Positions 55,603 to 64,000 of a stretch of 64,000 nucleotides of DNA are shown in pieces. Within the stretch, counting starts at the first letter, position 1. Every line of letters begins with the position of its first letter. Both the position numbers and the translations under genes were made by a program. Location: positions 19,612 through 83,611 of the forward strand of contig DJCV01000011.1 of the NCBI GenBank assembly GCA_002430735.1, given 5' to 3'. The notes under the pieces were generated by a model. It was not told where the DNA came from. It was given only the letters and a program-made list of their open reading frames with translations, and ran no database searches. Source of the DNA: Candidatus Woesebacteria bacterium UBA5941 (lineage in GTDB: Bacteria > Patescibacteriota > Microgenomatia > UBA8517).

Positions 55603-56328
55603 TTAGTAAGTAACGAAGTATTTGATAGAAGCGTTTTTCTTCACTTCAGTCAACCATGTTTGGAATTCAGTGCTTAATTTTTGTTGTTGTAACTGAGTCT
55701 TAACTTCAGCTTGAATTTCTTCAGTCTTTTTATCCTTCGGTAAAATATCTTTGTTCTTATCCATATATTCTTTTACTTCCTGATCAGTTGGGTTAATTTT
55801 GTCAGCTAAAATCTTCTCAACGATCTTTTGTGTTCTGATTTGCTTGTTTAATTCGTCTCGGCTCATTCCCTGCATGGTTAATAATGTGTTTAAGTCTTGC
55901 CCTTGAGCTTTTACACTCTCTTCAATTTTTGAAACTTCACTGTTTAATTCTTCGTCTGAAATAGAAATTCCTTTTTTCTTGGCTTCTTGATTGATGAGCA
56001 TGTCAGTGACGGTCGCGTCGAGTTGCTGTTGTCCGAATCGTTTTTCAAGTTCTGAGATGATAGTTGGTCGGTATACCAATTCACCATTTACAGTTGCAGC
56101 TAAAATTAACCCTCTGGAGAGGTATAAAATAATACCGATAACAGCGATTGCGACAATAATTGCAGCTTTTCGTTTTCCAGACATTTGTTTTACAGATGAA
56201 GTATCAATTGGAGTTTCCATTTTGCTTTCCATTGCAACATCTTGCTTTGGGGCAGTTACTTTTTTAACAGAAGCTTTGCTTGCTCGTGTAGATTTACTTT
56301 TAGTTGCTTTTGTCTTTCGTGCAGCCAT
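55603..56328 (-). CDS. membrane-anchored SurA-N/PpiD-like chaperone-domain protein (no obvious PPIase domain)
   Basis: Basic N-terminal tail and a TM helix. The helical domain resembles SurA N-terminal/trigger-factor-like chaperones. Confidence 0.45.
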   Translation of the reverse strand: MAARKTKATKSKSTRASKASVKKVTAPKQDVAMESKMETPIDTSSVKQMSGKRKAAIIVAIAVIGIILYLSRGLILAATVNGELVYRPTIISELEKRFGQQQLDATVTDMLINQEAKKKGISISDEELNSEVSKIEESVKAQGQDLNTLLTMQGMSRDELNKQIRTQKIVEKILADKINPTDQEVKEYMDKNKDILPKDKKTEEIQAEVKTQLQQQKLSTEFQTWLTEVKKNASIKYFVTY

Positions 56329-56391
56329 ATCGGGAGTATACCCAATGTTACAGGAAAATTACAAGCCGCAAATTCAATATATAATCCAAGC

Positions 56392-57120
56392 ATGACTAAA
56401 TGGAAAACTGCAGAACTCATTGAATCACATGACCTTTCTCCTTCAGTTAAGTCGTTGCGATTCAAAGTAAGTGACTGGGAACCGCATATTGCAGGTCAAC
56501 ATTATATGGTGAGAGTTGAATCTCCTGAAGGGTATATTGCAGAGCGATATTACTCGCTTTCTAACAGTCCTCTTGAAGAAGGAATTATTGAATTGGGTGT
56601 ACAACTGCTTCCTGACGGAGAAGTTTCAACATTTCTACATACACTTCCTCTCGGTGGAAAAATAAAATTGCGAGGGCCATTTGGCACACATTTTTCCTGG
56701 GTTCCTGAAGATAAAAATTCTATTATTCTTATTGCTGGTGGATCAGGCCTTATTCCGTTTATGTCGATGATCCGATTAAACCATGAGCAGTTGCGTAACG
56801 AGCAATCAGTACCAATGAAGATTATCGGAAGTTTTCGAACAAAAAAAGACATCCTGTACTACGATGAATTACTCGCTATTACAAAGATGAACCCAAATAT
56901 TTCATTTACACTCACGTTAACGCAAGAAAAAAGCCATGGCTGGACTGGAAGAGTCGGGCGAATTGATGCACAATACTTACAACGAGAATTAAGCACTGAA
57001 CGAAATAGTGACTCCCATTTCTATGTTTCAGGATCTACCCGCTTTGTTGAAGCAATGAAGAAACAATTAGAATCAATTGGTATTACAAACGAACGAATGA
57101 AAGAAGAGCAGTTTGGATAA
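56392..57120 (+). CDS. ferredoxin-NADP reductase-like FAD/NAD(P)-binding oxidoreductase
   Basis: FAD motif ERYYSL (RxYS) and NAD motif AGGSGLIPF. Confidence 0.7.
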   Translation: MTKWKTAELIESHDLSPSVKSLRFKVSDWEPHIAGQHYMVRVESPEGYIAERYYSLSNSPLEEGIIELGVQLLPDGEVSTFLHTLPLGGKIKLRGPFGTHFSWVPEDKNSIILIAGGSGLIPFMSMIRLNHEQLRNEQSVPMKIIGSFRTKKDILYYDELLAITKMNPNISFTLTLTQEKSHGWTGRVGRIDAQYLQRELSTERNSDSHFYVSGSTRFVEAMKKQLESIGITNERMKEEQFG

Positions 57121-57375
57121 TTACTTCTTGTTACCCCATCGCCATTTTGGAGTTTCCCCAAACTGGTAACAAACAGCAAGGAGCGCTGCAATTCCAATCG
57201 CTGTTAAGAATAGATAACTCACGATCCCTGCACGACTTGCAAGAGCATCACGAATAAGTGCCACTAAAAACAATTGATAGAAGATATAGAATGCAGTTGC
57301 CGTCCACCCTTGCCATGTTACAGGATACCAACCCCATCCGTATGTCTTTGCACGAAACCATAATTTCTTTTTCAT
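57121..57375 (-). CDS. small two-TM membrane protein, Trp-rich
   Basis: 84 aa with conserved-looking GWGWYPVTWQGW. Confidence 0.4.
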   Translation of the reverse strand: MKKKLWFRAKTYGWGWYPVTWQGWTATAFYIFYQLFLVALIRDALASRAGIVSYLFLTAIGIAALLAVCYQFGETPKWRWGNKK

Positions 57376-57402
57376 ATACCTAGTATATACCGTTTGTGAA
57401 GA

Positions 57403-57624
57403 TTACTTCTTTCGTTTTTTACTTTTTGAAGACTTGCGAGCTGCTGTTCGTTTTGCTGGTTTAGATTTCTTGTGTCTGCTCGTCAACATGTGATCGCTAT
57501 ATCCCCATACGAGTCCAAAAATTGTTCCTAAGAGCAGACCTAAAAGAAGGTGTTCAATCATGAGTCCAAGAAGAATACCAAGCACTATTCCGATACCCAA
57601 TTTCATCTCTTTTTCTTTAGACAT
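57403..57624 (-). CDS. small membrane protein with basic C-terminal tail
   Basis: 73 aa. Two TM helices followed by KKSKPAKRTAARKSSKSKKRKK. Confidence 0.4.
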   Translation of the reverse strand: MSKEKEMKLGIGIVLGILLGLMIEHLLLGLLLGTIFGLVWGYSDHMLTSRHKKSKPAKRTAARKSSKSKKRKK

Positions 57625-57638
57625 ACTCCATTAAAGAA

Positions 57639-58070
57639 TTAAATGTACCCCTTTGTAAAGACCCAATATAATGCCAATAATACGACAATAAAAAGAAGGA
57701 CGTACTTTGAGCCGCGTAAGTCACTCTTTGATAAGTTCATGGTATTTGCGACAGTCACGATGCAGTAGCCTGAAAGCAGATATCCCCACCACGGAAGTGT
57801 GTAATTAGCAGTCAGATAAAAGGTCACCAGAAGCAGTAGTATTCCAACGATAAGTGGGGCAACACCAACAAGAAATCTTCGGAAAATATCAGTCCGTCCA
57901 ATCTCAACACTCCCCAACTGTAACCCATGTTCTGTAAACCGAGGGAACAAGCTGACACGTCCAGTAGGGACTCTCAGTATTTTTGCAGTCAGAAAATGAG
58001 CCATTTCATGTATAACCGTTCCCGGGAAATAGATAATTGCGAGGAATAATAATTTATGACGCATATACAT
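57639..58070 (-). CDS. HExxH membrane protein (putative intramembrane zinc metalloprotease-like)
   Basis: HEMAHF motif in the first TM region. Polytopic. Confidence 0.5.
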   Translation of the reverse strand: MYMRHKLLFLAIIYFPGTVIHEMAHFLTAKILRVPTGRVSLFPRFTEHGLQLGSVEIGRTDIFRRFLVGVAPLIVGILLLLVTFYLTANYTLPWWGYLLSGYCIVTVANTMNLSKSDLRGSKYVLLFIVVLLALYWVFTKGYI

Positions 58071-58120
58071 ATATAAGCATAAAAAAGTGGCGATGATTAG
58101 TCGCCACTACAGAAAAAACC

Positions 58121-58885
58121 TTATGGTCTTTTCACAATGTGTGTTATCGCTCCGTGTCTGTCCTTGCCTCCACTACTTGAATGCCAATCTTCGCCAAACA
58201 TTACGTTTTTTGCCCCGATATGAGGCATTATCCGTGAATAAACGATTTCGAGCCCTTGCAAGAGAAAATACTGCAAGAGATCGGTTTGACCCAAGAACAA
58301 GTGATTCTCAATCATATAGGTACCGGAACAAGAACAATATGCCCTCATCACATCCTCATTCACGACTTCTACATGTGGATCCCGTTGGTACAATCCATAC
58401 CGAAAGTCTTCCTTGCCCACCGCGCGAACAAATAAATGACCTCCTGGTTTTAGTGCCGTGAGTGCTCTATCGAGCAGGTTAAAAACCGCATAGCGCGAAG
58501 GAAAATGCACAAACAGATCTACGCACAATATGGTGTCATATACGTTTGTTCCAAAATCAACATATCGAATATCGCCGTAGTTAATCTGAATGGGAAGGTC
58601 ATAATCCTTTATCAGCTCATCCAGAAAGTCCAACTTCTCGGTATCATGATCGTAGGCGACTACATTCATACCTTTCAATGCATATGACATGCAGGATCGT
58701 CCGTGCCCAACACCTAAATCCAGTAATGTGCCATTAGGCACAACAAGCTGTTGCTCATAGCGCCAGCTTTCTGGATCGCCAACAGAGAACGCCCAGTGGC
58801 CACCGGGCTCCATTTCAGTGTCAGTAGTAATTCGATAAAAAAGATCAATCTGTGTCGGTGTCCATTGTGGGACAAAAACGTTCAT
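58121..58885 (-). CDS. class I SAM-dependent methyltransferase
   Basis: Motif I LLDLGVGHGR, post-I acidic residue VVAYDHD. Confidence 0.65.
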   Translation of the reverse strand: MNVFVPQWTPTQIDLFYRITTDTEMEPGGHWAFSVGDPESWRYEQQLVVPNGTLLDLGVGHGRSCMSYALKGMNVVAYDHDTEKLDFLDELIKDYDLPIQINYGDIRYVDFGTNVYDTILCVDLFVHFPSRYAVFNLLDRALTALKPGGHLFVRAVGKEDFRYGLYQRDPHVEVVNEDVMRAYCSCSGTYMIENHLFLGQTDLLQYFLLQGLEIVYSRIMPHIGAKNVMFGEDWHSSSGGKDRHGAITHIVKRP

Positions 58886-58935
58886 ACTAACTCCCTAATT
58901 AAACCCGAATGTGAACTTGTAGTGTAGCAAAGAAG

Positions 58936-59685
58936 TTAGCGCTTTTCAAAATACAGTGTCACTGTAGAAGTGATAGTCTGTTGTCCTGGCTGCAATTCTG
59001 GTGAAGCTGCATTTCCTCCACCCATGCCCTGAGCCATTGCTTTATCAGCGTACATATATGGACTGACCATTCCAGGGGATGATTCAACAATATTTGTGAT
59101 TTGCCCTAAGCTAATACCTAATGATGATGCTAATTTTTCAGCTTGCTCTTTTGCATTCGCAATTGCCTTGTCTCGGGCTTCTTCACGGTACTTTTCAGGT
59201 TCGTCCACAGTAAAGCGTGTGCCTTGAATTTGATTTGCTCCCACCTTCGTTGCCGTTTCCATAATACGCGCAGCAAGTGAAGTGTCTTTTGTTTTGACAG
59301 TGAGAGTTACATTTCCGTTATATCCTGTTGCTCGATTCCTGCCTCCATCATACACATAGTTGGGGTTCACAGAAAAATTAGATGTCTTCATATCACTATC
59401 AGCAACCCCTAACTCTTTCATAGCCTTAATTAATTCGTTGTTTTTTTCAGTTATCTGCTTTTGAGCAAGATCTGCGGTCTGTATATTTTCAACAAAAAGA
59501 CCTACATCAACGTATGCAGTATCGGGAACAACATCCACTTTTCCTTCCCCTACAACTGATAATTCGCTTGAAATAGTTGATGTCGTAACAGACACCGGAA
59601 TTGAGAGGTTTAAAGTATGCACTAAGAACAACCCAACGAGAATGAATGCGAGAATTACAAAGAAGTGAGAGAAGTGAGCCTTCAT
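58936..59685 (-). CDS. SIMPL-domain (DUF541/BP26-like) periplasmic protein
   Basis: N-terminal TM/signal, then the SIMPL pattern VVGEGKVDVVPDTAYVDVGL. Confidence 0.7.
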   Translation of the reverse strand: MKAHFSHFFVILAFILVGLFLVHTLNLSIPVSVTTSTISSELSVVGEGKVDVVPDTAYVDVGLFVENIQTADLAQKQITEKNNELIKAMKELGVADSDMKTSNFSVNPNYVYDGGRNRATGYNGNVTLTVKTKDTSLAARIMETATKVGANQIQGTRFTVDEPEKYREEARDKAIANAKEQAEKLASSLGISLGQITNIVESSPGMVSPYMYADKAMAQGMGGGNAASPELQPGQQTITSTVTLYFEKR

Positions 59686-59750
59686 AGGATCATATTAATA
59701 AGCTCTTGCTCGTTTTTCAAGGAGGAGATTTGCTGTGATATACTCATTAT

Positions 59751-60062
59751 ATGAACGTCCAAATCATAGGAGACGGCATTGAGATTGATGATCGAATCCG
59801 TGAAGTAGTTGAGACGAAAATGGCTTCAGAAATAGAGAAATACCTCAAAGATTTTGCTGATGACTTAAAAAAAGCCACGGTGCGAATCGAGAAACTTTCG
59901 CATGGCGGATTTCATGTGAACTGGGATATGCGACTTCCTGGGAAAAACGGTCATATTTTTAGCCAAGAAGACGGAGATGACTTACTGAATGTATTAATTG
60001 CACTGCGAAAAGAAGTGGAATCTCAGGTTCGAGATTATAAAGAACGACTTCAGAAGTATTAA
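59751..60062 (+). CDS. hpf: ribosome hibernation promoting factor (HPF/RaiA, short form)
   Basis: MNVQIIGDGIEIDDRIREVVETK... matches the HPF/YfiA fold signature. Confidence 0.8.
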   Translation: MNVQIIGDGIEIDDRIREVVETKMASEIEKYLKDFADDLKKATVRIEKLSHGGFHVNWDMRLPGKNGHIFSQEDGDDLLNVLIALRKEVESQVRDYKERLQKY

Positions 60063-61891
60063 GCGTGACTCTTGTCCCCTCGTTCGTGGCGACGTCTATC
60101 TAAATCAGTTAAGTACTTCTTTCTCATGCGCAGAGACAGTGGAGTAATTTCCAATAATTCATCATTTTCCAAGAAATCGAGAGACTGCTCAAGTGAAAAC
60201 TGAATTGACGGGGTCAGTTGAATAACTCCATCACTTCCAGATGATCGCATGTTTGATAACTTCTTCCCTTTACACACGTTCATCGTGATATCTTCCTCTT
60301 TCGCATTCTGTCCAATGATCATTCCTTCGTAAATTTTCGCTTGTGGCTCGATAAACGTTACACCACGACCTTGGGCATTCTGCAATCCGTACGCAAGTGC
60401 TTCTCCCGTTTGATCTGAAATAATAACACCCTTTCGAAGCTGAGGAACTGGCTTCCCAACAGGTTCATATCCGATGAGCTGGGAACTAAAGAGCACTGTT
60501 CCTTTTGTTTGAGTCAAGAGCAAGCTTCTCAATCCAATAAGCACTCGTGTCGGTGCATGATATACGAATTCAACTTCAACATCAGAAATTGATTGCATGC
60601 TTATCATCGTTGCATATCGCTTACCCATTTCCTGGTTAATAACTCCAGTAAATTCAGCAGGAACAATAATCGTTACTTCTTCCATTGGTTCCTTCTTTAC
60701 TCCATCAATCTCTTTTACAATAACTTCAGGTTTTCCAACTTCCATTTCATATCCTTCTCGACGAAGCGTTTCCAAAAGTACCGATAAATGCAATTCTCCG
60801 CGACCTGAAAGTTTAAATTTTCCATTTCCCAAGACTTCAACGCGCAAACTTAAATTACTCTCCAGCTCTCGCTTTAAACGTTCTTCAATTTGTCTGCTTG
60901 TTGAAAAGTCCCCTTCTTGTCCTGCAAATGGTGAGGTGTTAGGTCCAAGCAACATGTGAAGTGTTGGCTCGGAAATCGCAATAGAAGGAAGTGATTCAGT
61001 ATCTCCAGGCTCAGCAATGGTTTTCCCGATTTGTGCGTCTTGAATACCGGTGAATGTGGCAATATCTCCTGCTTCAACAACTGCTGCTTCTTTTCTGCTT
61101 AACCCTTCATTTAACATGAGCTTTTCAACAGTCCAAATCTTGTTTGGAGTATCAGTTAAGATTACTTTTTGACCAACTTTAACCGTTCCTCGATGTACCT
61201 TTCCGATTACAATGCGACCCAAGTGAGTATCGTAATCCATGCTAGTAATAACCATCTTGAAGGTTCCTTCCGTTGAGTTAGTTGGAGCTGGTACTTCTTT
61301 TACAATAGTTTCCAAAAGAGGAATGACATCCCCTGGTTCATTGTGATCTGATGGCATTTGATAGAACGCAACTCCACGTCGTCCAATTGCGTAGACGATT
61401 GGGAAATCGAGTTGGGCTTCATCTGCAGCAAGCTCTAAGAACAAACTTTCAATTTTATCCTTCACTTCAGGAACACGTGCGTATGGCTTATCAATTTTAT
61501 TAATGACAACAATGACCTTAAGTCCAAGGGCAAGTGCTTTCTTTAAAACGAAGCGGGTTTGAGGCATTGGCCCTTCTTGCGCGTCAACAATTAAGAGTGC
61601 TCCATCGGCCATTCCAAGAGTTCGCTCAACTTCACCTGAGAAGTCAGCGTGGCCCGGGGTATCAATAATGTTAATTTTCGTGTCTTTGTATTGAATTGCA
61701 CAGTTTTTGGCGAGAATAGTGATTCCACGCTCACGTTCTAAATCATTGCTATCCAAAATACGCTCCTGTCCCATTTCTTCCTGATTATCACGGAATGTGT
61801 GAGTCTGTTTCAGGAGTGCATCAACTAACGTCGTTTTTCCATGATCGACGTGGGCAATGACTGCAATATTTCTAATGTTTTGTGTACTCAT
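60059..61891 (-). CDS. typA: translational GTPase TypA/BipA
   Basis: G1 [11 protein letters not shown]2/G3 motifs, BipA-specific C-terminal domain, 610 aa. Confidence 0.92.
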   Translation of the reverse strand: MSTQNIRNIAVIAHVDHGKTTLVDALLKQTHTFRDNQEEMGQERILDSNDLERERGITILAKNCAIQYKDTKINIIDTPGHADFSGEVERTLGMADGALLIVDAQEGPMPQTRFVLKKALALGLKVIVVINKIDKPYARVPEVKDKIESLFLELAADEAQLDFPIVYAIGRRGVAFYQMPSDHNEPGDVIPLLETIVKEVPAPTNSTEGTFKMVITSMDYDTHLGRIVIGKVHRGTVKVGQKVILTDTPNKIWTVEKLMLNEGLSRKEAAVVEAGDIATFTGIQDAQIGKTIAEPGDTESLPSIAISEPTLHMLLGPNTSPFAGQEGDFSTSRQIEERLKRELESNLSLRVEVLGNGKFKLSGRGELHLSVLLETLRREGYEMEVGKPEVIVKEIDGVKKEPMEEVTIIVPAEFTGVINQEMGKRYATMISMQSISDVEVEFVYHAPTRVLIGLRSLLLTQTKGTVLFSSQLIGYEPVGKPVPQLRKGVIISDQTGEALAYGLQNAQGRGVTFIEPQAKIYEGMIIGQNAKEEDITMNVCKGKKLSNMRSSGSDGVIQLTPSIQFSLEQSLDFLENDELLEITPLSLRMRKKYLTDLDRRRHERGDKSHA

Positions 61892-62031
61892 AAGCGTAGT
61901 AGTATATCATTTTTTCGGCCAAATCCCTACTCCCAAGCGAGAAAATAAGAATTATTCTTAAAAAGAAGCCTTCTGCACACCGAGAACCCGCTCGAAGGCG
62001 GGTCTTCGGTACTTAACTGCATACTTCACAA

Positions 62032-62328
62032 TTAAGCGGCAGTGTTCCCGTCAGTGGTAGCTGGCGCAACTGGAGCTACTGGTGTCGTAGGCATTTCAGT
62101 TACAGGAGCTACTGGTGCAGCTGGTTCAGGTTGGGCCATAGGCTCAACTACTGGTGCAGCTGGCATGGCAGGAGTAACCGGAGCTACTGGGTCGCTCGCC
62201 ATAGGCGTCGCAACAGGAGCTTGAGGTTCAACTGCTGGGGTTTGAGGCATGTTAGCAACTGGTGTTACTGGGTCTACCACAGATCCCATAGCTGGCGTTG
62301 TTGGGTTTGTTGTTTGATTTTGATCCAT
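62032..62328 (-). CDS. Pro/Ala/Val-rich intrinsically disordered repeat protein
   Basis: Strong SD GGAGGTG 7 nt upstream of the ATG on the minus strand. PVAPV-type repeats. Confidence 0.5.
   Translation of the reverse strand: MDQNQTTNPTTPAMGSVVDPVTPVANMPQTPAVEPQAPVATPMASDPVAPVTPAMPAAPVVEPMAQPEPAAPVAPVTEMPTTPVAPVAPATTDGNTAA
62040..62300. repeat. degenerate PVAPV coding repeats
   Basis: Recurrent gg(t/a)gc(t/a)actgg units. Confidence 0.5.
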
Positions 62329-62372
62329 TCGTACTCACCTCCTCTTCACACTTCATTCTAAAATAATAGTGA

Positions 62373-62825
62373 TTACTTCGTTAGATTCGTTTTTCGAACG
62401 AGCTTAGCGCTGTATACAATTTGTCTTAGCTCTCCATCTGCCCCTTCAATTTCATTCGCTCCAGTCATTCGCTGGTATTCACGTAGATAATATGACAAGC
62501 CCTCTTGTACATCAGCGAGTTCTGTCTTCACTGCTTCAATTTTGTCGACAATTGCCTTCCCTGCAGTCGCGTTTAGTAACTGCTTTTTGGTAGCAGACTT
62601 TTGCTTTGATGCATCTTTTGCCATCTTGTCATGTTCTCGATAGACAGGATCATTTTCGAGATAACTTTGAAGCATTTCTTTGTGAGGCTTCATGTCTTCT
62701 TTCAATTGTTCAAGCTTTACAATTCGTTCTTTGATAGTCGATTCAATTGATAAAAGCGTCTCTGCCTCTTTCATTTGTTGTGACTGTTCTTCTTCGAGTG
62801 ATAATTGTGGTTCGTCCATACGCAA
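62373..62825 (-). CDS. hypothetical coiled-coil protein
   Basis: 150 aa, helical and Glu/Lys-rich. I recognise no family. Confidence 0.45.
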   Translation of the reverse strand: MRMDEPQLSLEEEQSQQMKEAETLLSIESTIKERIVKLEQLKEDMKPHKEMLQSYLENDPVYREHDKMAKDASKQKSATKKQLLNATAGKAIVDKIEAVKTELADVQEGLSYYLREYQRMTGANEIEGADGELRQIVYSAKLVRKTNLTK

Positions 62826-62890
62826 AATTCAATGTACCTAATTTCGCTTGAAAAACCAAGGGGCAAAGAATCGTATGTTATAGTGACCCG

Positions 62891-64000
62891 ATGAAAGACT
62901 TCACGACTCCAATGATGAAGCAATACATGGCGATTAAAGAGCGCTATCCTGATTGTTTACTCTTCTTTAGATTAGGCGACTTTTACGAACTTTTTTTGAA
63001 CGACGCAAAAATTGGCTCTGAAGTATTAGGCATTACACTAACAGGCAGGCCGAAAGGCAAAGATGGCAGAATTCCGATGGCAGGAGTTCCCTATCATGCG
63101 GTAGACAGCTACTTAAACAAACTCGTTAAGGCTGGATATAAAGTTGCCATATGCGAACAACTTTCAGAACCTGACAAAAAAGGCATTGTTGAACGGGATG
63201 TTATTCGTGTAGTTACTCCTGGCACAGTCATGGATGAGCGAGCACTTGAGAAGAAAGAGCATAACTATATATTAGCGCTTACTATTGAAGGAAGTACGGT
63301 TGCAATAGCCCTCTCAGATCTTTCGACAGGGGAGCTTAAAACTGAGGAGTATATCACTGATAACTGGCAAGATCTGTTGCGTGACGAGTTAACTCGGATT
63401 CATCCAACTGAATGTATATTGCCACCCAAGCTCTATAACAATCCTGAAGCTCTGAAATTTTTAAAGACAATAAAGGACATGACAATCTTTTTATTTCCAT
63501 CCTGGGATTCACTTGTTCGCAATTCTGAAGAAGGGCTAAAAACACACTTTGGGGTAAAAACACTTGCAGCTTATGAGATTGATACAAAAAAATCTGCGCA
63601 AAAGGCTTGCTTTGCGTTACTTTCCTATCTAAAAGACACACAAAAAAGTTCTCTTCCTCACATTAATAAAATCACGATCTTTTCTGCCGATGACTACGTA
63701 CACCTTGATCGAGCGACGATTCTAAATCTTGAATTATTCTCCACAATCCGTGAACGGGACACGAAGGGAAGTTTTTTAACTGCAATCGATTGTACAGAGA
63801 CTGCAATGGGCGGGCGTCTACTCAGAGAATGGATTACACATCCGCTACAGAATAAAAAACATATTGAAGAGCGACTCACGAGTGTCGAAGAGTTCTTACA
63901 CAATGCAGTGACTTGTAAACGCATCCTAAAGAACATAGAAGATATAACTGATGTAGAACGAACCTTTTCTCGTGTAAGTGTTGGGATTGGCAACGCGCGT
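62891..64000 (+). CDS. mutS: DNA mismatch repair protein MutS, N-terminal part (truncated by window end)
   Basis: MKDFTTPMMKQYMAIKERYPDCLLFFRLGDFYELF is the canonical MutS domain I mismatch-binding N-terminus. The ORF is open to the end of the window. Confidence 0.85.
   Translation, partial: MKDFTTPMMKQYMAIKERYPDCLLFFRLGDFYELFLNDAKIGSEVLGITLTGRPKGKDGRIPMAGVPYHAVDSYLNKLVKAGYKVAICEQLSEPDKKGIVERDVIRVVTPGTVMDERALEKKEHNYILALTIEGSTVAIALSDLSTGELKTEEYITDNWQDLLRDELTRIHPTECILPPKLYNNPEALKFLKTIKDMTIFLFPSWDSLVRNSEEGLKTHFGVKTLAAYEIDTKKSAQKACFALLSYLKDTQKSSLPHINKITIFSADDYVHLDRATILNLELFSTIRERDTKGSFLTAIDCTETAMGGRLLREWITHPLQNKKHIEERLTSVEEFLHNAVTCKRILKNIEDITDVERTFSRVSVGIGNAR

Noticed and set aside
61950-62012. 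Imperfect hairpin accgagaacccgc...gcgggtcttcggt between typA and the PA-rich gene as a terminator
   Set aside because: The stem is plausible, but no adjacent U-run follows on the relevant minus strand. It is only weakly supported, so I left it out of the feature list.
63354-63993. Minus-strand ORFs 63354..63641 and 63694..63993
   Set aside because: They lie inside the open-ended plus-strand mutS reading frame, which has an unmistakable MutS N-terminal motif.
1-64000. CRISPR arrays, transposases, integrases or rRNA genes
   Set aside because: No spaced direct repeats of CRISPR type, no DDE/Tyr-recombinase-like ORFs and no rRNA-like conserved stretches were seen. All repeats I found are coding low-complexity tracts.

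Overview
The window reads as a compact, roughly 42% GC bacterial chromosome segment, tightly packed with short intergenic spacers. By inference it comes from a reduced-genome Patescibacteria/CPR-like organism. The supporting gene content is a dense type IV pilus locus, a TsaB reduced to its N-terminal half, a membrane-anchored Clp/Hsp100 ATPase, and many small membrane or secreted low-complexity proteins. Most genes are housekeeping. They include secA, lon, serS, prfB, tgt, typA, hpf, greA, truB, uppP, dgkA, rarA, the N-terminus of mutS, ftsEX with an M23 peptidase, an RsmB-like methyltransferase, a TrmH-like methyltransferase, superoxide dismutase, and one tRNA-Glu(CUC). I found no CRISPR array, transposase, integrase or rRNA. 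The feature most worth follow-up is a compositionally foreign single-gene cassette at 38.2-38.7 kb. It has its own sigma70-like promoter, a structured leader, a strong SD and a terminator, and its coding sequence is about 57% GC with proteobacterial-style codons. It sits next to a divergent metal-handling membrane pair, an HMA-domain protein and a Cys-motif permease with a cupredoxin-like C-terminus. Other notable items are an unannotated 41-aa Lys-rich basic protein with its own promoter and terminator at 28.9-29.2 kb, and an atypical E1/ThiF-like enzyme at the left edge whose partner genes lie outside the window. A second autonomous secreted-protein cassette sits at 7.45-7.96 kb. There is also a small opposite-strand gene block (VOC x2, NUDIX, hypotheticals) abutting the tRNA-Glu. 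All family assignments rest on motifs I read directly from the translations; no database search was possible.
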